From NCBI GenBank assembly GCA_038064895.1, contig JBBTSA010000010.1:182616-246615 (forward strand): DNA of 64,000 bases, read 5' to 3'. A model generated the notes under the pieces. It had not been told where the DNA came from. It was given only the letters and a program-made list of their open reading frames with translations, and ran no database searches. The translations under genes were made by a program, and so were the position numbers. Shown here one piece after another: positions 48,909 through 57,815 of the stretch (positions are counted from its first letter, which is position 1; each line of letters opens with the position of its first letter). Origin of the DNA: Patescibacteria group bacterium. Lineage in GTDB: Bacteria; Patescibacteriota; Microgenomatia; Daviesbacterales; UBA10151.

Positions 48909-50414
48909 ATGAGAAAGAACTTAAAACTTATTTTAATCATTTTAATTATAGGAGCGGTATATAGATTAAGTCTTACCTCAAACGGTAATTTTCTTTTTAA
49001 CATGGATAACGCGCGGGATATGGTTGATGTTAGAGAAATGGTTGAGACTTCTAAATTAAGATTAATTGGCCCAACCTCGGCAATTGAAGGCTTTTATAAT
49101 GGGCCGGCCTGGTATTATCTTTTGGCAATTCCATATATTTTATCTGGCGGTGATCCTTATGCATCAATCCTTATGGAAATTGCTCTTTGGGCTTTGGGAG
49201 GTTTTTTCTTAATATTTTTGGTTAAAGATTTTGGGAAGTTGGCAGCAGTTTCTGCCGGCTCTTTATGGATTTTATCAAACTATGTAGTTTTAACAACCTC
49301 ATATGCGTTTAACCCAAATCCAATTCTTTTCCTAACACCTCTTTTTATATTTTTTTTAAAGAAATACTTGGAAACTGAAAAGTTAGTTTTCTCTTTAGGG
49401 ATATTTTTATTGGCAGGATTATTTTTTAACTTTGAGATGAACTTTGGAGTATTTATACCCCTAGTTTTAATTTTTTCTGTATTTTTATCTGGAAAAAGAA
49501 ATATTTTTAAGAGTAAAAATTTCTGGCTGGGAGTTTTTATTTATCTCCTAACTTTAATGCCTCAAGTTGCCTTTGATATAAAACATAACTTTATAATGTC
49601 TAAATCTGTTATCAAATATTTAAGTGCAGGTAGCCCTGATCAAATAATTAACCCAATTAAAAGATTACCCTTAATTTCTGAGAAGTTTTTTAATGTTACC
49701 GTTCCAACGTTTATGAATCATCAATTTTTTACAAAATTACTGACTTATATTTTTTTTATGTCTTTGTACCTTTTCATTAAAAGAGGACATTGGAATAAGA
49801 ATTTAACAGTTTTAATTACATTACTTTATATACTCATACCATTCTTGGGGTATGTACTACTTCCCACAACTGTTAATCCTTGGCATTTAGGGGGAGTTGT
49901 TGCTGCAATAATTTTACTTTTTAATCTGCAATTTTTAGGAAGGCTTCCTACCTTGATTTTGTCTATTTTTGTCATCTATTTTGCTTTGATAAATATCAAT
50001 AACTATTTTAAAGAAAGGAGTATTCCAAGTAACGACCCATCAGTTTATAAAAATGAAGTTGCGGCAATAGATTATGTTTACAAAAAAGCAGAAGGTAAAA
50101 ATTTTAGTGTCTATACATATCTCCCTTCTGTTTACGATTATCCATATCAGTATTTATTTTGGTGGTATGGTAAAAAAACCTATGGATATATTCCCGGAGA
50201 ATATGTATATTCTCCAAACAAACCTCAATATATACCAAGCCAGGATAAATTCCAGGGATCTAAGAAAAATTACTCGGGTTTGGTTTTTTTAATTAAAGAA
50301 CCGGACAGAATTAAAATGAGACAAGCTTGGGAAAATGATTATAAAGATATGGAATTTATTTCCAAAGAAATGATTGGACCAATAGAGGTAGAGATTAGGA
50401 AAGAGAAGATGTAA
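48909..50414 (+). CDS. ArnT/PMT-like GT-C membrane glycosyltransferase, same subfamily as the C-terminus of 40856-43000.
   Basis: 'FNMDNARDMVDVREMVE...GPAWYYLLAIPYIL...FNPNPILFLTPLFIFF', multi-TM plus a C-terminal soluble domain. Confidence 0.55.
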   Translation: MRKNLKLILIILIIGAVYRLSLTSNGNFLFNMDNARDMVDVREMVETSKLRLIGPTSAIEGFYNGPAWYYLLAIPYILSGGDPYASILMEIALWALGGFFLIFLVKDFGKLAAVSAGSLWILSNYVVLTTSYAFNPNPILFLTPLFIFFLKKYLETEKLVFSLGIFLLAGLFFNFEMNFGVFIPLVLIFSVFLSGKRNIFKSKNFWLGVFIYLLTLMPQVAFDIKHNFIMSKSVIKYLSAGSPDQIINPIKRLPLISEKFFNVTVPTFMNHQFFTKLLTYIFFMSLYLFIKRGHWNKNLTVLITLLYILIPFLGYVLLPTTVNPWHLGGVVAAIILLFNLQFLGRLPTLILSIFVIYFALININNYFKERSIPSNDPSVYKNEVAAIDYVYKKAEGKNFSVYTYLPSVYDYPYQYLFWWYGKKTYGYIPGEYVYSPNKPQYIPSQDKFQGSKKNYSGLVFLIKEPDRIKMRQAWENDYKDMEFISKEMIGPIEVEIRKEKM

Positions 50415-50823
50415 CTGTAATCTTTCTTTTTGTTTCATCTAAAGCCTCGAAGTTAATATAGGAAGTACTTTTTGGTAAAAAATCTTTTGCTTTTTCTGCC
50501 CACTCAATTAGACTGATATGATTTGAATCATTTCTAATTTCCTCAAGGCCTAATCCTTTTAACTGCTTCTCATTTTCCAGTCTATATAAATCAATATGGA
50601 AAAGCATTTTTTTAGAGTTTGGAATTTTATGTTGACGGATTAAAACAAAAGTAGGAGATATTATTTTTTCTTTGATCCCTAAGCCTTTGGCAAATCCTTG
50701 AACAAAAGTGGTTTTACCTGCACCTAAAGGCCCACTTAAAGCAATTACTCCATGAAGTTTGGAGGCAAGTTTTTTACCCAGGTCTTTAGTTTCTTTTTCT
50801 GAAAATGTTAGATAATGTTTCAC
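50395..50823 (-). CDS. tsaE: tRNA t6A biosynthesis ATPase TsaE (YjeE).
   Basis: 'VIALSGPLGAGKTTFVQGFAKGLGI...SPTFVLIRQH...HIDLYRLE', P-loop and TsaE layout. 142 aa. Confidence 0.8.
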   Translation of the reverse strand: MKHYLTFSEKETKDLGKKLASKLHGVIALSGPLGAGKTTFVQGFAKGLGIKEKIISPTFVLIRQHKIPNSKKMLFHIDLYRLENEKQLKGLGLEEIRNDSNHISLIEWAEKAKDFLPKSTSYINFEALDETKRKITVTSSLS

Positions 50824-52012
50824 TTAGGTTTTTGTTTCGTAAGTATACAAAAGATAAAACACCTATTCCACTTATTACCATAAAAGTTCCAAACCAGCTT
50901 AAATAATTTCTCTGCTTTTCCCCTTTAACCTCTGCTTGAGGACTAGCTTGGACTGCTTTTTGAGAAGGAGTGGCAATCTTAATATATTTTTCTAATGAAT
51001 ACTCCTCATGTTTTGAAGATATTATTTTACTTTTTTGTTTTTCTTCTGTTCCCAGGATTTCACCCTCCTCATTATCTTCAAGAGTAATTTCTTGAGCAAT
51101 TATGCTAACTGTTAGCTCATTACTCCAACTCAAAGATCCAACCTCTGTATATCTTCCTACCTTAAAAATATAGTCTCCCCCTCCTTCATATCCGGAATCG
51201 AAAATATCAGGCTGGATTTCTAAATTTCCACTCCATCCACCAGATGCATTAGTTGTTATTTTAGATTGATCAGAATATGTCTGACTGTTTTTTTTCCAAC
51301 TACTTCCAACTTTTGTCAGACCAAAATAATTACTTCCATCTTTTTTCTTAAAGGCTCCTTTTAAATAGAGGGTTGTATTTGGGCTATTTGATAAAGATAA
51401 ATTTACAGATACTTTAAATTCTTCTGTTGAATCAATCTTTGAAGGAACATTGGAAATGGTAAATGTAGAGGAGGATGAGCTGCTGGATGATGAGGTGGAA
51501 CTTGATGAAGAGGAAGTGGAAGGAGAGGGAGATGAAGATGGACTTGGAGAAGGAGATGAGGCTGTTGAATTATTGTTTGAAGATCCTTTGGTGGGTGATA
51601 AGAAAATTACCCATCCCCCTGTTGCATCCGAATTTCGCCCAGCGGATTGCTCTACTCCTGGAGATGAGATATCTCCACTACTACCATAAATTACTTGATC
51701 TACAGCTTGGCCCGGTGAAGATTTCAGCTCAAGTTTTATTGTATCTCCATCCTTATTCAGTCTATTAGACCAATCTATATAGCAAAAATTTCCATTACAT
51801 ATTGAAGTTGCTAAATCTTGTTTATTATTCGCAGCATCTACTATCTGATAAAGAGAAGTATCTACCGCATCTGTGTATATTTCCACCCAATCAGGATTTG
51901 AGGATGATGTTCCTTCAGAGTAGAATTCATTGATTTTAATAGAAGAGGCAAAAGAGGTTTTTGCTCCGAAAAAGAGTAACAAGGCAGTAAGAATTAGCAG
52001 TTTGATTTCCAC
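50786..52012 (-). CDS. Secreted, membrane-anchored protein: N-terminal lamin-tail domain (LTD), Ser/Pro-rich linker, second β-rich domain, C-terminal TM anchor.
   Basis: Signal peptide. 'IKINEFYSEGTSSSNPDWVEIYT' is the LTD hallmark. A ~45-aa S/P/T low-complexity run. C-terminal 'YLSWFGTFMVISGIGVLSFVYL'. Confidence 0.55.
   Translation of the reverse strand: MEIKLLILTALLLFFGAKTSFASSIKINEFYSEGTSSSNPDWVEIYTDAVDTSLYQIVDAANNKQDLATSICNGNFCYIDWSNRLNKDGDTIKLELKSSPGQAVDQVIYGSSGDISSPGVEQSAGRNSDATGGWVIFLSPTKGSSNNNSTASSPSPSPSSSPSPSTSSSSSSTSSSSSSSSSTFTISNVPSKIDSTEEFKVSVNLSLSNSPNTTLYLKGAFKKKDGSNYFGLTKVGSSWKKNSQTYSDQSKITTNASGGWSGNLEIQPDIFDSGYEGGGDYIFKVGRYTEVGSLSWSNELTVSIIAQEITLEDNEEGEILGTEEKQKSKIISSKHEEYSLEKYIKIATPSQKAVQASPQAEVKGEKQRNYLSWFGTFMVISGIGVLSFVYLRNKNLSETLSNIFRKRN
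51442..51580 (-). repeat. Low-complexity Ser/Pro/Thr-rich coding tract (linker) inside the LTD protein.
   Basis: 'SSPSPSPSSSPSPSTSSSSSSTSSSSSSSSST'. The complementary strand shows GA-rich 'gatgaagaggaagtggaagga...'. Confidence 0.7.
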
Positions 52013-52034
52013 TATTTTAAATAGTATAGGATTA

Positions 52035-53237
52035 TTAAGGTATATGCCAATATAAAGTCACAATATCACTATTATCGTGATCCAATACCATTCCTCTCCC
52101 GACTGTTCCTGTTAAATAGCAGGCATTTGAGTCAGAGAATTCATAAGCCACCCCGTCGGCTACAGCTTTAATAGGATACCCATGAGGATTGGCAATATCC
52201 AAACCAGTATGTGGCGGCCAACCAGAAATATAATCTGAACCGGATGCTCCGTATAATGTGGTTATATCCCCGTAGCATGAATTGGTAAAGCTACATTTAT
52301 TAGCGGAATAATTATCTAATGGGGAGCCAAATTGAGAGTTTATATAAGATTTTGGATCCACCTTATTTTCTTTCCCCACAACACCGTTGTTTTCCACTTT
52401 AGCATTAGTCATTACTTCAAAATGCAAATGAGGTCCTGTAGAGCAGCCGGAATTACCAACAGATGCAATTACATCACCTCTTTTAACAGGTCCTATTTTT
52501 ATACCACCCCCGCTTAAAGCACGTCTGATAGAGTCTGTATCTGCCCGAAGTTGTGCAATTAAACCTTGATATCTGGCCTCATCATTTCTGGTAATTCTTA
52601 CAAGTTCTTCTTTATCCCTTTTTTGTTGGGTAAGTTGTTGTTTATAAATTTCTAAGTCTTCATTTAATTTTTCAGCCTCTTGCTGTCTTGTCTCCTTATC
52701 CTGTTTTTGCTCGTTATATGCAAGCTTTGTTGCCTGCAGTTCATATAATTTTTTCTTATCATAGCTTTGAGCAACCTGAATATACTTAAGCCTTTCCAAA
52801 AGATCCGCAAATCCGTGGGATGAAAATAAAAGATCCAAAGTAGAAATGCTATTTGAATATTTATAGGTTTGGATGATCCTTTTTAGAAGAATCTCCGATA
52901 ATCTGTCTAAAGAAGCGGAAATACGCTCAATCCTTGTTGATAAATCGGAAATTTCCCGCTCAAGCTTTTTAATCTTAAGATTTGTCTCTTCAATTTTTAA
53001 AGTTGTAACTTTTGCCTGTCCGTCAACTATCGCAAGTTGAGAATTTAGAGTTTTCTCCTGGGTTTTTGCATCCCGAAGATTTGCTTCCAGTTTCTCGATT
53101 TCCGCCTGCTTTTCCTGAAGTTGTTTAGTTAATTCATCGGACTGGGCAAAACTAGGGGTTTGGGTATAGGGATAAGGGAGTAGGAAAAGAAAGGCAACAA
53201 AACTAAATGCTAAAAGCAGTGGTAGAAACTTTTTCAT
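52035..53237 (-). CDS. M23 family metallopeptidase with an N-terminal coiled coil (EnvC-like FtsEX-associated murein hydrolase or activator).
   Basis: Long heptad-rich N-terminus. 'GDVIASVGNSGCSTGPHLHFEV' matches the M23 HxH motif region. Immediately downstream of ftsE-ftsX. Confidence 0.75.
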   Translation of the reverse strand: MKKFLPLLLAFSFVAFLFLLPYPYTQTPSFAQSDELTKQLQEKQAEIEKLEANLRDAKTQEKTLNSQLAIVDGQAKVTTLKIEETNLKIKKLEREISDLSTRIERISASLDRLSEILLKRIIQTYKYSNSISTLDLLFSSHGFADLLERLKYIQVAQSYDKKKLYELQATKLAYNEQKQDKETRQQEAEKLNEDLEIYKQQLTQQKRDKEELVRITRNDEARYQGLIAQLRADTDSIRRALSGGGIKIGPVKRGDVIASVGNSGCSTGPHLHFEVMTNAKVENNGVVGKENKVDPKSYINSQFGSPLDNYSANKCSFTNSCYGDITTLYGASGSDYISGWPPHTGLDIANPHGYPIKAVADGVAYEFSDSNACYLTGTVGRGMVLDHDNSDIVTLYWHIP

Positions 53238-53246
53238 CAGGGCGCA

Positions 53247-54119
53247 TTATATTTTTAAGTATCTTCTGACTGCACCAAATGCTCCTAGGTAACCCACACT
53301 TAAGGCACTTAACAAGCTTGCTGCAAGGAGGCCCAGCATCAATAAAGGATTAACCGGCAGGATTTTCACCTCTCCTAAAAACCCTTGCAAAAAGGGTGTA
53401 AAGTACCAAAGAATAAGATAGATCGCAACCCATGCGCATGTTGCCCCAACTACTCCATAAAATATACCTTCCAAAATAAAGGGGTTGCGGATAAAGTTGG
53501 GTGAGGCACCTATAAGACGCATTATTTCTATCTCCGCTCTTTTAAGGCGGATTTTAAAACCGATAATCATCAAGATTACTAAAGTTGCAAAAATCATTAA
53601 AAACCCTACTGTTGCTATTCCCACAATTCTTATTATCCTGGTAACAGAGGTTAGTGTTGCAACTACATCTTCCGGAACAATCACTTCCGATATTGCAGGT
53701 TCTTTTTTTAAAACTTCTGCAATAGGTTGTAAATCTTCAGGGGTCTTGGTAGAAATTTCCAGAGAAGCAGGTAGAATATTTGCAGTTACAAGCTCCAAAA
53801 GGGTAGGATCGTTTTTGTTTCTTTCTCGATAGATTGTCAAAGCTTCCTGCTTGGAAACATATTTTACGTTAGTCACTCTTTCTTCTTGTTTAAGGGCATT
53901 TTCAAGAGCTGAAACATCCAAATCAGTCGTTCCCTCTTTAAAAAATGCAATAACTTGGGGTTTGCTTTCAAAATAGCGCAGGATTGCTTGTGATCCTCCG
54001 GCAAGAATAAGAAAAGTTAAAAGTGCAAAAAATGTTAAGAAACAAACTAAACATGCAACTATAGCCTGATAAGGAGTTCTCCTGATATTCCTTTTTGCAA
54101 ACTCAAAAGATCTACTCAT
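53247..54119 (-). CDS. ftsX: Cell-division permease FtsX.
   Basis: 290 aa. N-terminal 'FAKRNIRRTPYQAIVA', large periplasmic loop, then 3 C-terminal TM helices. Follows ftsE with an 8-nt overlap. Confidence 0.8.
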   Translation of the reverse strand: MSRSFEFAKRNIRRTPYQAIVACLVCFLTFFALLTFLILAGGSQAILRYFESKPQVIAFFKEGTTDLDVSALENALKQEERVTNVKYVSKQEALTIYRERNKNDPTLLELVTANILPASLEISTKTPEDLQPIAEVLKKEPAISEVIVPEDVVATLTSVTRIIRIVGIATVGFLMIFATLVILMIIGFKIRLKRAEIEIMRLIGASPNFIRNPFILEGIFYGVVGATCAWVAIYLILWYFTPFLQGFLGEVKILPVNPLLMLGLLAASLLSALSVGYLGAFGAVRRYLKI

Positions 54120-54786
54120 ATTTACCTTCTTTTGTATCTTTTATAACCTTTCCCCGCTTTAGTATTATTACTCTTCGCTTTAGTGTATTTACAATTTCCT
54201 GATTATGAGTTGCCATCAAAACTAAAGTACCCCAGGAATTAATCTCATTCAAAAGTTGTATAACCCCCCAGGCAGTCTTGAAATCCAAATCCCCTGTCGG
54301 CTCGTCAGCTAAAAGTATATCGGGTTTGGAGACAACAGCTCTTGCGATAGCAGTCCTTTGAGCCTCGCCCCCGGATAATTGCCTTGGGAAAAGATATCTT
54401 TTGTCCCAAATTTCCACAAGCTTCAAAATATGTTCAACCATTTTTGAAATTTCTTCATCTTTCTTACCCAAAACTTCCAATGTAAGAGCAACATTCTCAA
54501 AAACGGTTCGGTCATCCAAGAGTTTAAAATCTTGAAATACAAAACCAATCCTGTGCCTAAGTGCGGGGGTATCTTTATCTTTAAGTTTTGTAATATCTTC
54601 TTTTCCAACAGAAACTTTCCCGCTATTGGGTAAAACTTCCCTTGTCAAAATGCGAAGAAGTGTAGATTTACCTGCTCCTGACGGTCCAACGATGAAGACA
54701 AACTCACCCTGTTTTATTTCCAAGGATACATTATCTAAAGCAAGTGTTGAACCAAACTTCTTTGAAACCGAATCGAAAGTAATCAT
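54112..54786 (-). CDS. ftsE: Cell-division ABC ATPase FtsE.
   Basis: Walker A 'GPSGAGKST', signature 'LSGGEAQRTAIARA', Walker B 'ILLADEPTGDLD'. 224 aa. Confidence 0.85.
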   Translation of the reverse strand: MITFDSVSKKFGSTLALDNVSLEIKQGEFVFIVGPSGAGKSTLLRILTREVLPNSGKVSVGKEDITKLKDKDTPALRHRIGFVFQDFKLLDDRTVFENVALTLEVLGKKDEEISKMVEHILKLVEIWDKRYLFPRQLSGGEAQRTAIARAVVSKPDILLADEPTGDLDFKTAWGVIQLLNEINSWGTLVLMATHNQEIVNTLKRRVIILKRGKVIKDTKEGKYE

Positions 54787-55254
54787 TCATTTAGTTTCTT
54801 CCACTTTACCCACATCCATAAGCCAGCCTTCTTTCAGGGCTTTTTGAGTTTCACCAAATACTTTCACCTTTTTCCCCTCATATAGTGATAAATCAACAAC
54901 CGATGAAGTAAGAGCTACGGGAACGGTACCTTCACGCATTAAAATATGTGTGCCTTCTACATATTCTCCTTCATCGGACGGTTCGGGTCTTGCTTTAATC
55001 GTTCCTTCGGCAAAATCTCTAAATGTGCGGCTGTCTTGTTGTGCAGTCTTCGGAGTAGTTTCCAACAAGGAACTTTGAGCTTTGGAAGCGCCTTTGCTGG
55101 ACAGAATATAACCTGTTGCTAACCCTAAAACTGCAGCTGTTAAACATACTCCCAAGAGAAGTCGAGCCGAAGAGGTGGCAGGAGAAAACTTTTTTGCGAT
55201 TTTTTCATCACCTACATTTTGGGACTCATCCATCTTATCTAATATATTAACCAT
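54787..55254 (-). CDS. Hypothetical single-TM exported protein. The start is probably an internal Met; the ORF-track start at 55293 overlaps prfB.
   Basis: '...[20 protein letters not shown]' TM, then a hydrophilic domain. Candidate starts at 55254 (MVNIL) or 55233 (MDESQ). Confidence 0.4.
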   Translation of the reverse strand: MVNILDKMDESQNVGDEKIAKKFSPATSSARLLLGVCLTAAVLGLATGYILSSKGASKAQSSLLETTPKTAQQDSRTFRDFAEGTIKARPEPSDEGEYVEGTHILMREGTVPVALTSSVVDLSLYEGKKVKVFGETQKALKEGWLMDVGKVEETK

Positions 55255-56386
55255 AAAATGGAGAGTTGGCAAGTCCCCTAACCTCTGCCTCAATAAACCG
55301 ATCCAAATCCCCGTTCAAAACAGAACCCGTATCCGAGGTTTGAGTATTAGTCCTTAAATCTTTAACCATGTGGTACGGGTGCAGAACATATGATCTTATT
55401 TGTGTCCCCCATGAAGCTTGAGACTTACCACCTTTGAGCTGCTTTTTTAGCTCTTCATCCTTAGCCTGTTTGAGGACCCAAAGCTTGGATCTTAAAAGTT
55501 TTAAAGCATTTTCCCTGTTTTGAGCCTGGAATCTTTCTGTTTGAGCGGTAACTACAATACCACTAGGTTTGTGTTTAAGCCTTACTGCAGTTGATACCTT
55601 ATTAACATTTTGCCCTCCATGTCCACCTGATCTGAATGATTCAAACTCAATATCATCTTCTTTTATCTCAACTTCACTGGTACCCTCAATTACAGGCAAG
55701 ACCTCAACTAAGGCAAATGATGTTTGACGTAGCTTGTCAGCATTAAAAGGGGATTGCCTAACAAGTCTGTGGGTCCCTGCTTCCTTTTTTAGGTAACCAT
55801 AAGAGAGTGGCGCATGAACAATCATGGATATCTCCTTATATCCGGCCTCATCCCCAAAACTTTCATCTGTAATTTCATATTTCCACCCCATTCTTTCAAA
55901 ATATCTTTGGTACATCCTGGCAAGCATTGCTACCCAATCCATGGCTTCAACACCCCCTGCACCGGAGTGTATGGATATAATGGCTTCTGACTGGTCATGC
56001 GGGCCTGATAAAAAGAGTTGTAGTTCAAGCTGGTCTAAAGCTTTCTCTATTTTCTCTGTCTCTTTTTTTAAATCTTCTACCATGGTTGGTTCAGAAGACA
56101 TTTCCAGAGCATTATTTATTCTCTTTTCCAGATCATCCACTCCATTTAGTAATTTTTGTTTATCTGACAGCTGACGACTAACAACTGACGACTGCTTAGG
56201 ATCATTCCAAAAGCCTTCCTTCAAAGTTTGAGCCTCAAGTTCTCTAATTTCCTGAGCCAGCTGATCCTGATTAATAGAGGTCGAAATCTTCCCAAACCTC
56301 TCTTTTAACTCTTGTAATTTGGCTCTAATTTCATCCATGAGGTCAATTATACCCCGAAATCGGTCATTTTCCACCATTCTGGCCAA
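55247..56386 (-). CDS. prfB: Peptide chain release factor 2, encoded as one continuous ORF with no programmed +1 frameshift.
   Basis: 'VRQSPFNA' (SPF, UGA/UAA recognition), '[20 protein letters not shown]' (GGQ). 379 aa. Confidence 0.85.
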   Translation of the reverse strand: MARMVENDRFRGIIDLMDEIRAKLQELKERFGKISTSINQDQLAQEIRELEAQTLKEGFWNDPKQSSVVSRQLSDKQKLLNGVDDLEKRINNALEMSSEPTMVEDLKKETEKIEKALDQLELQLFLSGPHDQSEAIISIHSGAGGVEAMDWVAMLARMYQRYFERMGWKYEITDESFGDEAGYKEISMIVHAPLSYGYLKKEAGTHRLVRQSPFNADKLRQTSFALVEVLPVIEGTSEVEIKEDDIEFESFRSGGHGGQNVNKVSTAVRLKHKPSGIVVTAQTERFQAQNRENALKLLRSKLWVLKQAKDEELKKQLKGGKSQASWGTQIRSYVLHPYHMVKDLRTNTQTSDTGSVLNGDLDRFIEAEVRGLANSPFYG

Positions 56387-56404
56387 TTTGAGCGATTTTT
56401 AATT

Positions 56405-56450
56405 AAAATACCGAGGTTCAAACCTAATTAACCTCCGAGGTTATTTAGTT
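56405..56450 (-). terminator. Possible weak intrinsic terminator or structured element downstream of the 201-aa gene.
   Basis: Minus-strand transcript would read 'aaccucggagguu' (5-bp stem, 3-nt loop), then 'agguuugaaccu', then U-rich 'gguauuuuaauu'. The direct repeat 'ccgaggtt' occurs twice. Confidence 0.25.
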
Positions 56451-56459
56451 GGGCTTCTG

Positions 56460-57065
56460 TCATATTTGTGACTTTTCCAAATAATTTTCAATTACCCAAT
56501 CTGGAGTCCAAGTACCTGAGGAAAATGCATATCCTCCAAACTTATCTACTTTAAGATCTTTTAATCTTTTAGCTATTCCCACTGATCTTTCAGGCAATAA
56601 TTGGGTAGCTTGAGAGGTTAGTATAGCTTCAAGGATTCCCATCTCGCGTATTACTTCTGGGTTAGCCATGTTAATAAGTCTAAGTTGATCAAATAATTGG
56701 TGAGCTTGATGGATAACTTGTCTGGCAGTTACCATTTGTTCATGTGTTCCCAAAAATTCTGATGTTAGAGTTCCAACCCCATTAATTCTTGAAGCATCTT
56801 CCAACCTGAAAGGATGTTGGTATTGTGCTAATACTTTGACAGTTGGCCGCATATCTGCTTGACCAAAGAAAACACTGCTCGTCTCATGGATTGGTGCACC
56901 GCAGGGAACAAGTAATCCTTCATCAGTTAACTGTAATAGTTCACCATTTAACCTGATTCTGGTTAAACCAAAGCTGAATTCTCTATATCCATCAGCGTGT
57001 TCCTGGACAAACCTTGACCAGTTTACATCAGGAAATTGTTCTATTGATAACGTTTCTCTTGCCAT
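56460..57065 (-). CDS. Hypothetical cytoplasmic protein, no family recognised.
   Basis: 201 aa, hydrophilic, GC somewhat higher than the flanking genes. Lies between prfB and the direct-repeat-flanked cassette. Confidence 0.5.
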   Translation of the reverse strand: MARETLSIEQFPDVNWSRFVQEHADGYREFSFGLTRIRLNGELLQLTDEGLLVPCGAPIHETSSVFFGQADMRPTVKVLAQYQHPFRLEDASRINGVGTLTSEFLGTHEQMVTARQVIHQAHQLFDQLRLINMANPEVIREMGILEAILTSQATQLLPERSVGIAKRLKDLKVDKFGGYAFSSGTWTPDWVIENYLEKSQI

Positions 57066-57067
57066 AT

Positions 57068-57087
57068 TATCCTATAATTATAGGATA
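57068..57087. promoter_or_regulatory. Perfect 20-bp palindrome 'tatcctataattataggata' containing TATAAT. Candidate operator or promoter element.
   Basis: Read directly. It abuts the start codon (57065-57063) of the 201-aa gene and lies ~110 nt upstream of the 57196 gene. Confidence 0.3.
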
Positions 57088-57123
57088 TCTGTACCTAAAA
57101 GTCAAATGTGTTAAAATTCCTTC

Positions 57124-57161
57124 ATGATTTTGCATATTGATACCAAAGATCAAAAAGTTAT
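57124..57161 (+). repeat. Direct repeat copy 1: a decayed duplicate of the tsaB start (ATG plus 12 codons, mini-ORF MILHIDTKDQKVI*).
   Basis: 'atgattttgcatattgataccaaagatcaaaaagttat' versus 57812-57849 'atgactttacatattgataccaaagatcaaaaggttat', 35/38 identical. Confidence 0.8.
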
Positions 57162-57195
57162 TTAATCCTGTGGGCAAGTATGTTATCATTAATTT

Positions 57196-57411
57196 ATGAG
57201 AAAAGCTTCCAGTGAACAAACTATGATTCAGATTATGAGTAATCCTAAGTATAAGGGAAAACATATTATTGTTATGAAAGGTGAAGTTTTTACTGCAAAA
57301 ACTGGGGGTTCGGCTAATAAACTTTTGGATAGACTGGAAAAGAAATATCCAAAAGAAATCCCTGTAATTACTTATGTTCCTAAAGCAGATACTTTGATTC
57401 TATGGTTTTAA
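57196..57411 (+). CDS. Small protein, DUF5678-like (tentative).
   Basis: 71 aa. 'KGKHIIVMKGEVFTAKTGGSANKLLDRLEKKYPKEIPVITYVP' pattern. 10-nt overlap with the downstream protease gene. Confidence 0.45.
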   Translation: MRKASSEQTMIQIMSNPKYKGKHIIVMKGEVFTAKTGGSANKLLDRLEKKYPKEIPVITYVPKADTLILWF

Positions 57412-57815
57412 CTTTTCAGTTTGAAAAGTCCTTATCTCCTATTCTGGGGACAATCCATAGACCTGTTGCAAGAGTGTTATTTTATTCCCAACCAAAAAGA
57501 AAATGGTATGAAATATGGATGCTGGTAGATAGTGGGGCAGATTATACCTTGCTTCCAAGATATTTTTCCAACAGCCTCGGAGTAAATCTTAAAAAAGATT
57601 GCTGGGTTTTTAAAACAGCAGGCATTGGCGGAGAAGAAAAAGTTTATTTTTTAAAGAAGATTCAGGTTAGGCTGGGTGAGTGGACAAGACACATTCCAGT
57701 AGGGTTTCTTGATAGAGATGATATCCCGCCGCTTTTAGGAAGGCATCTCTTTTTGGAGACTTTTGAAGTACATTTTTCTCCTAAACATTTCATTACTTTT
57801 GAAGACAAACAATGA
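57402..57815 (+). CDS. Retropepsin-like (clan AA) aspartic protease domain protein.
   Basis: 'WMLVDSGADYTLLP' D-S-G-A active-site motif in a hydrophobic-hydrophobic-D-S/T-G-A context. 137 aa. ATGA overlap with tsaB. Confidence 0.55.
   Translation: MVLTFQFEKSLSPILGTIHRPVARVLFYSQPKRKWYEIWMLVDSGADYTLLPRYFSNSLGVNLKKDCWVFKTAGIGGEEKVYFLKKIQVRLGEWTRHIPVGFLDRDDIPPLLGRHLFLETFEVHFSPKHFITFEDKQ

Noticed and set aside
55247-56386. Programmed +1 frameshift in prfB.
   Set aside because: The RF2 reading frame is continuous from ATG to stop at full length.
57044-57078. Sigma70-like promoter: TTGATA at 57044 paired with TATAAT at 57073.
   Set aside because: The spacing is 23 nt, too long for a canonical promoter. 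The TATAAT is part of the 20-bp palindrome, which is reported separately as a possible operator.
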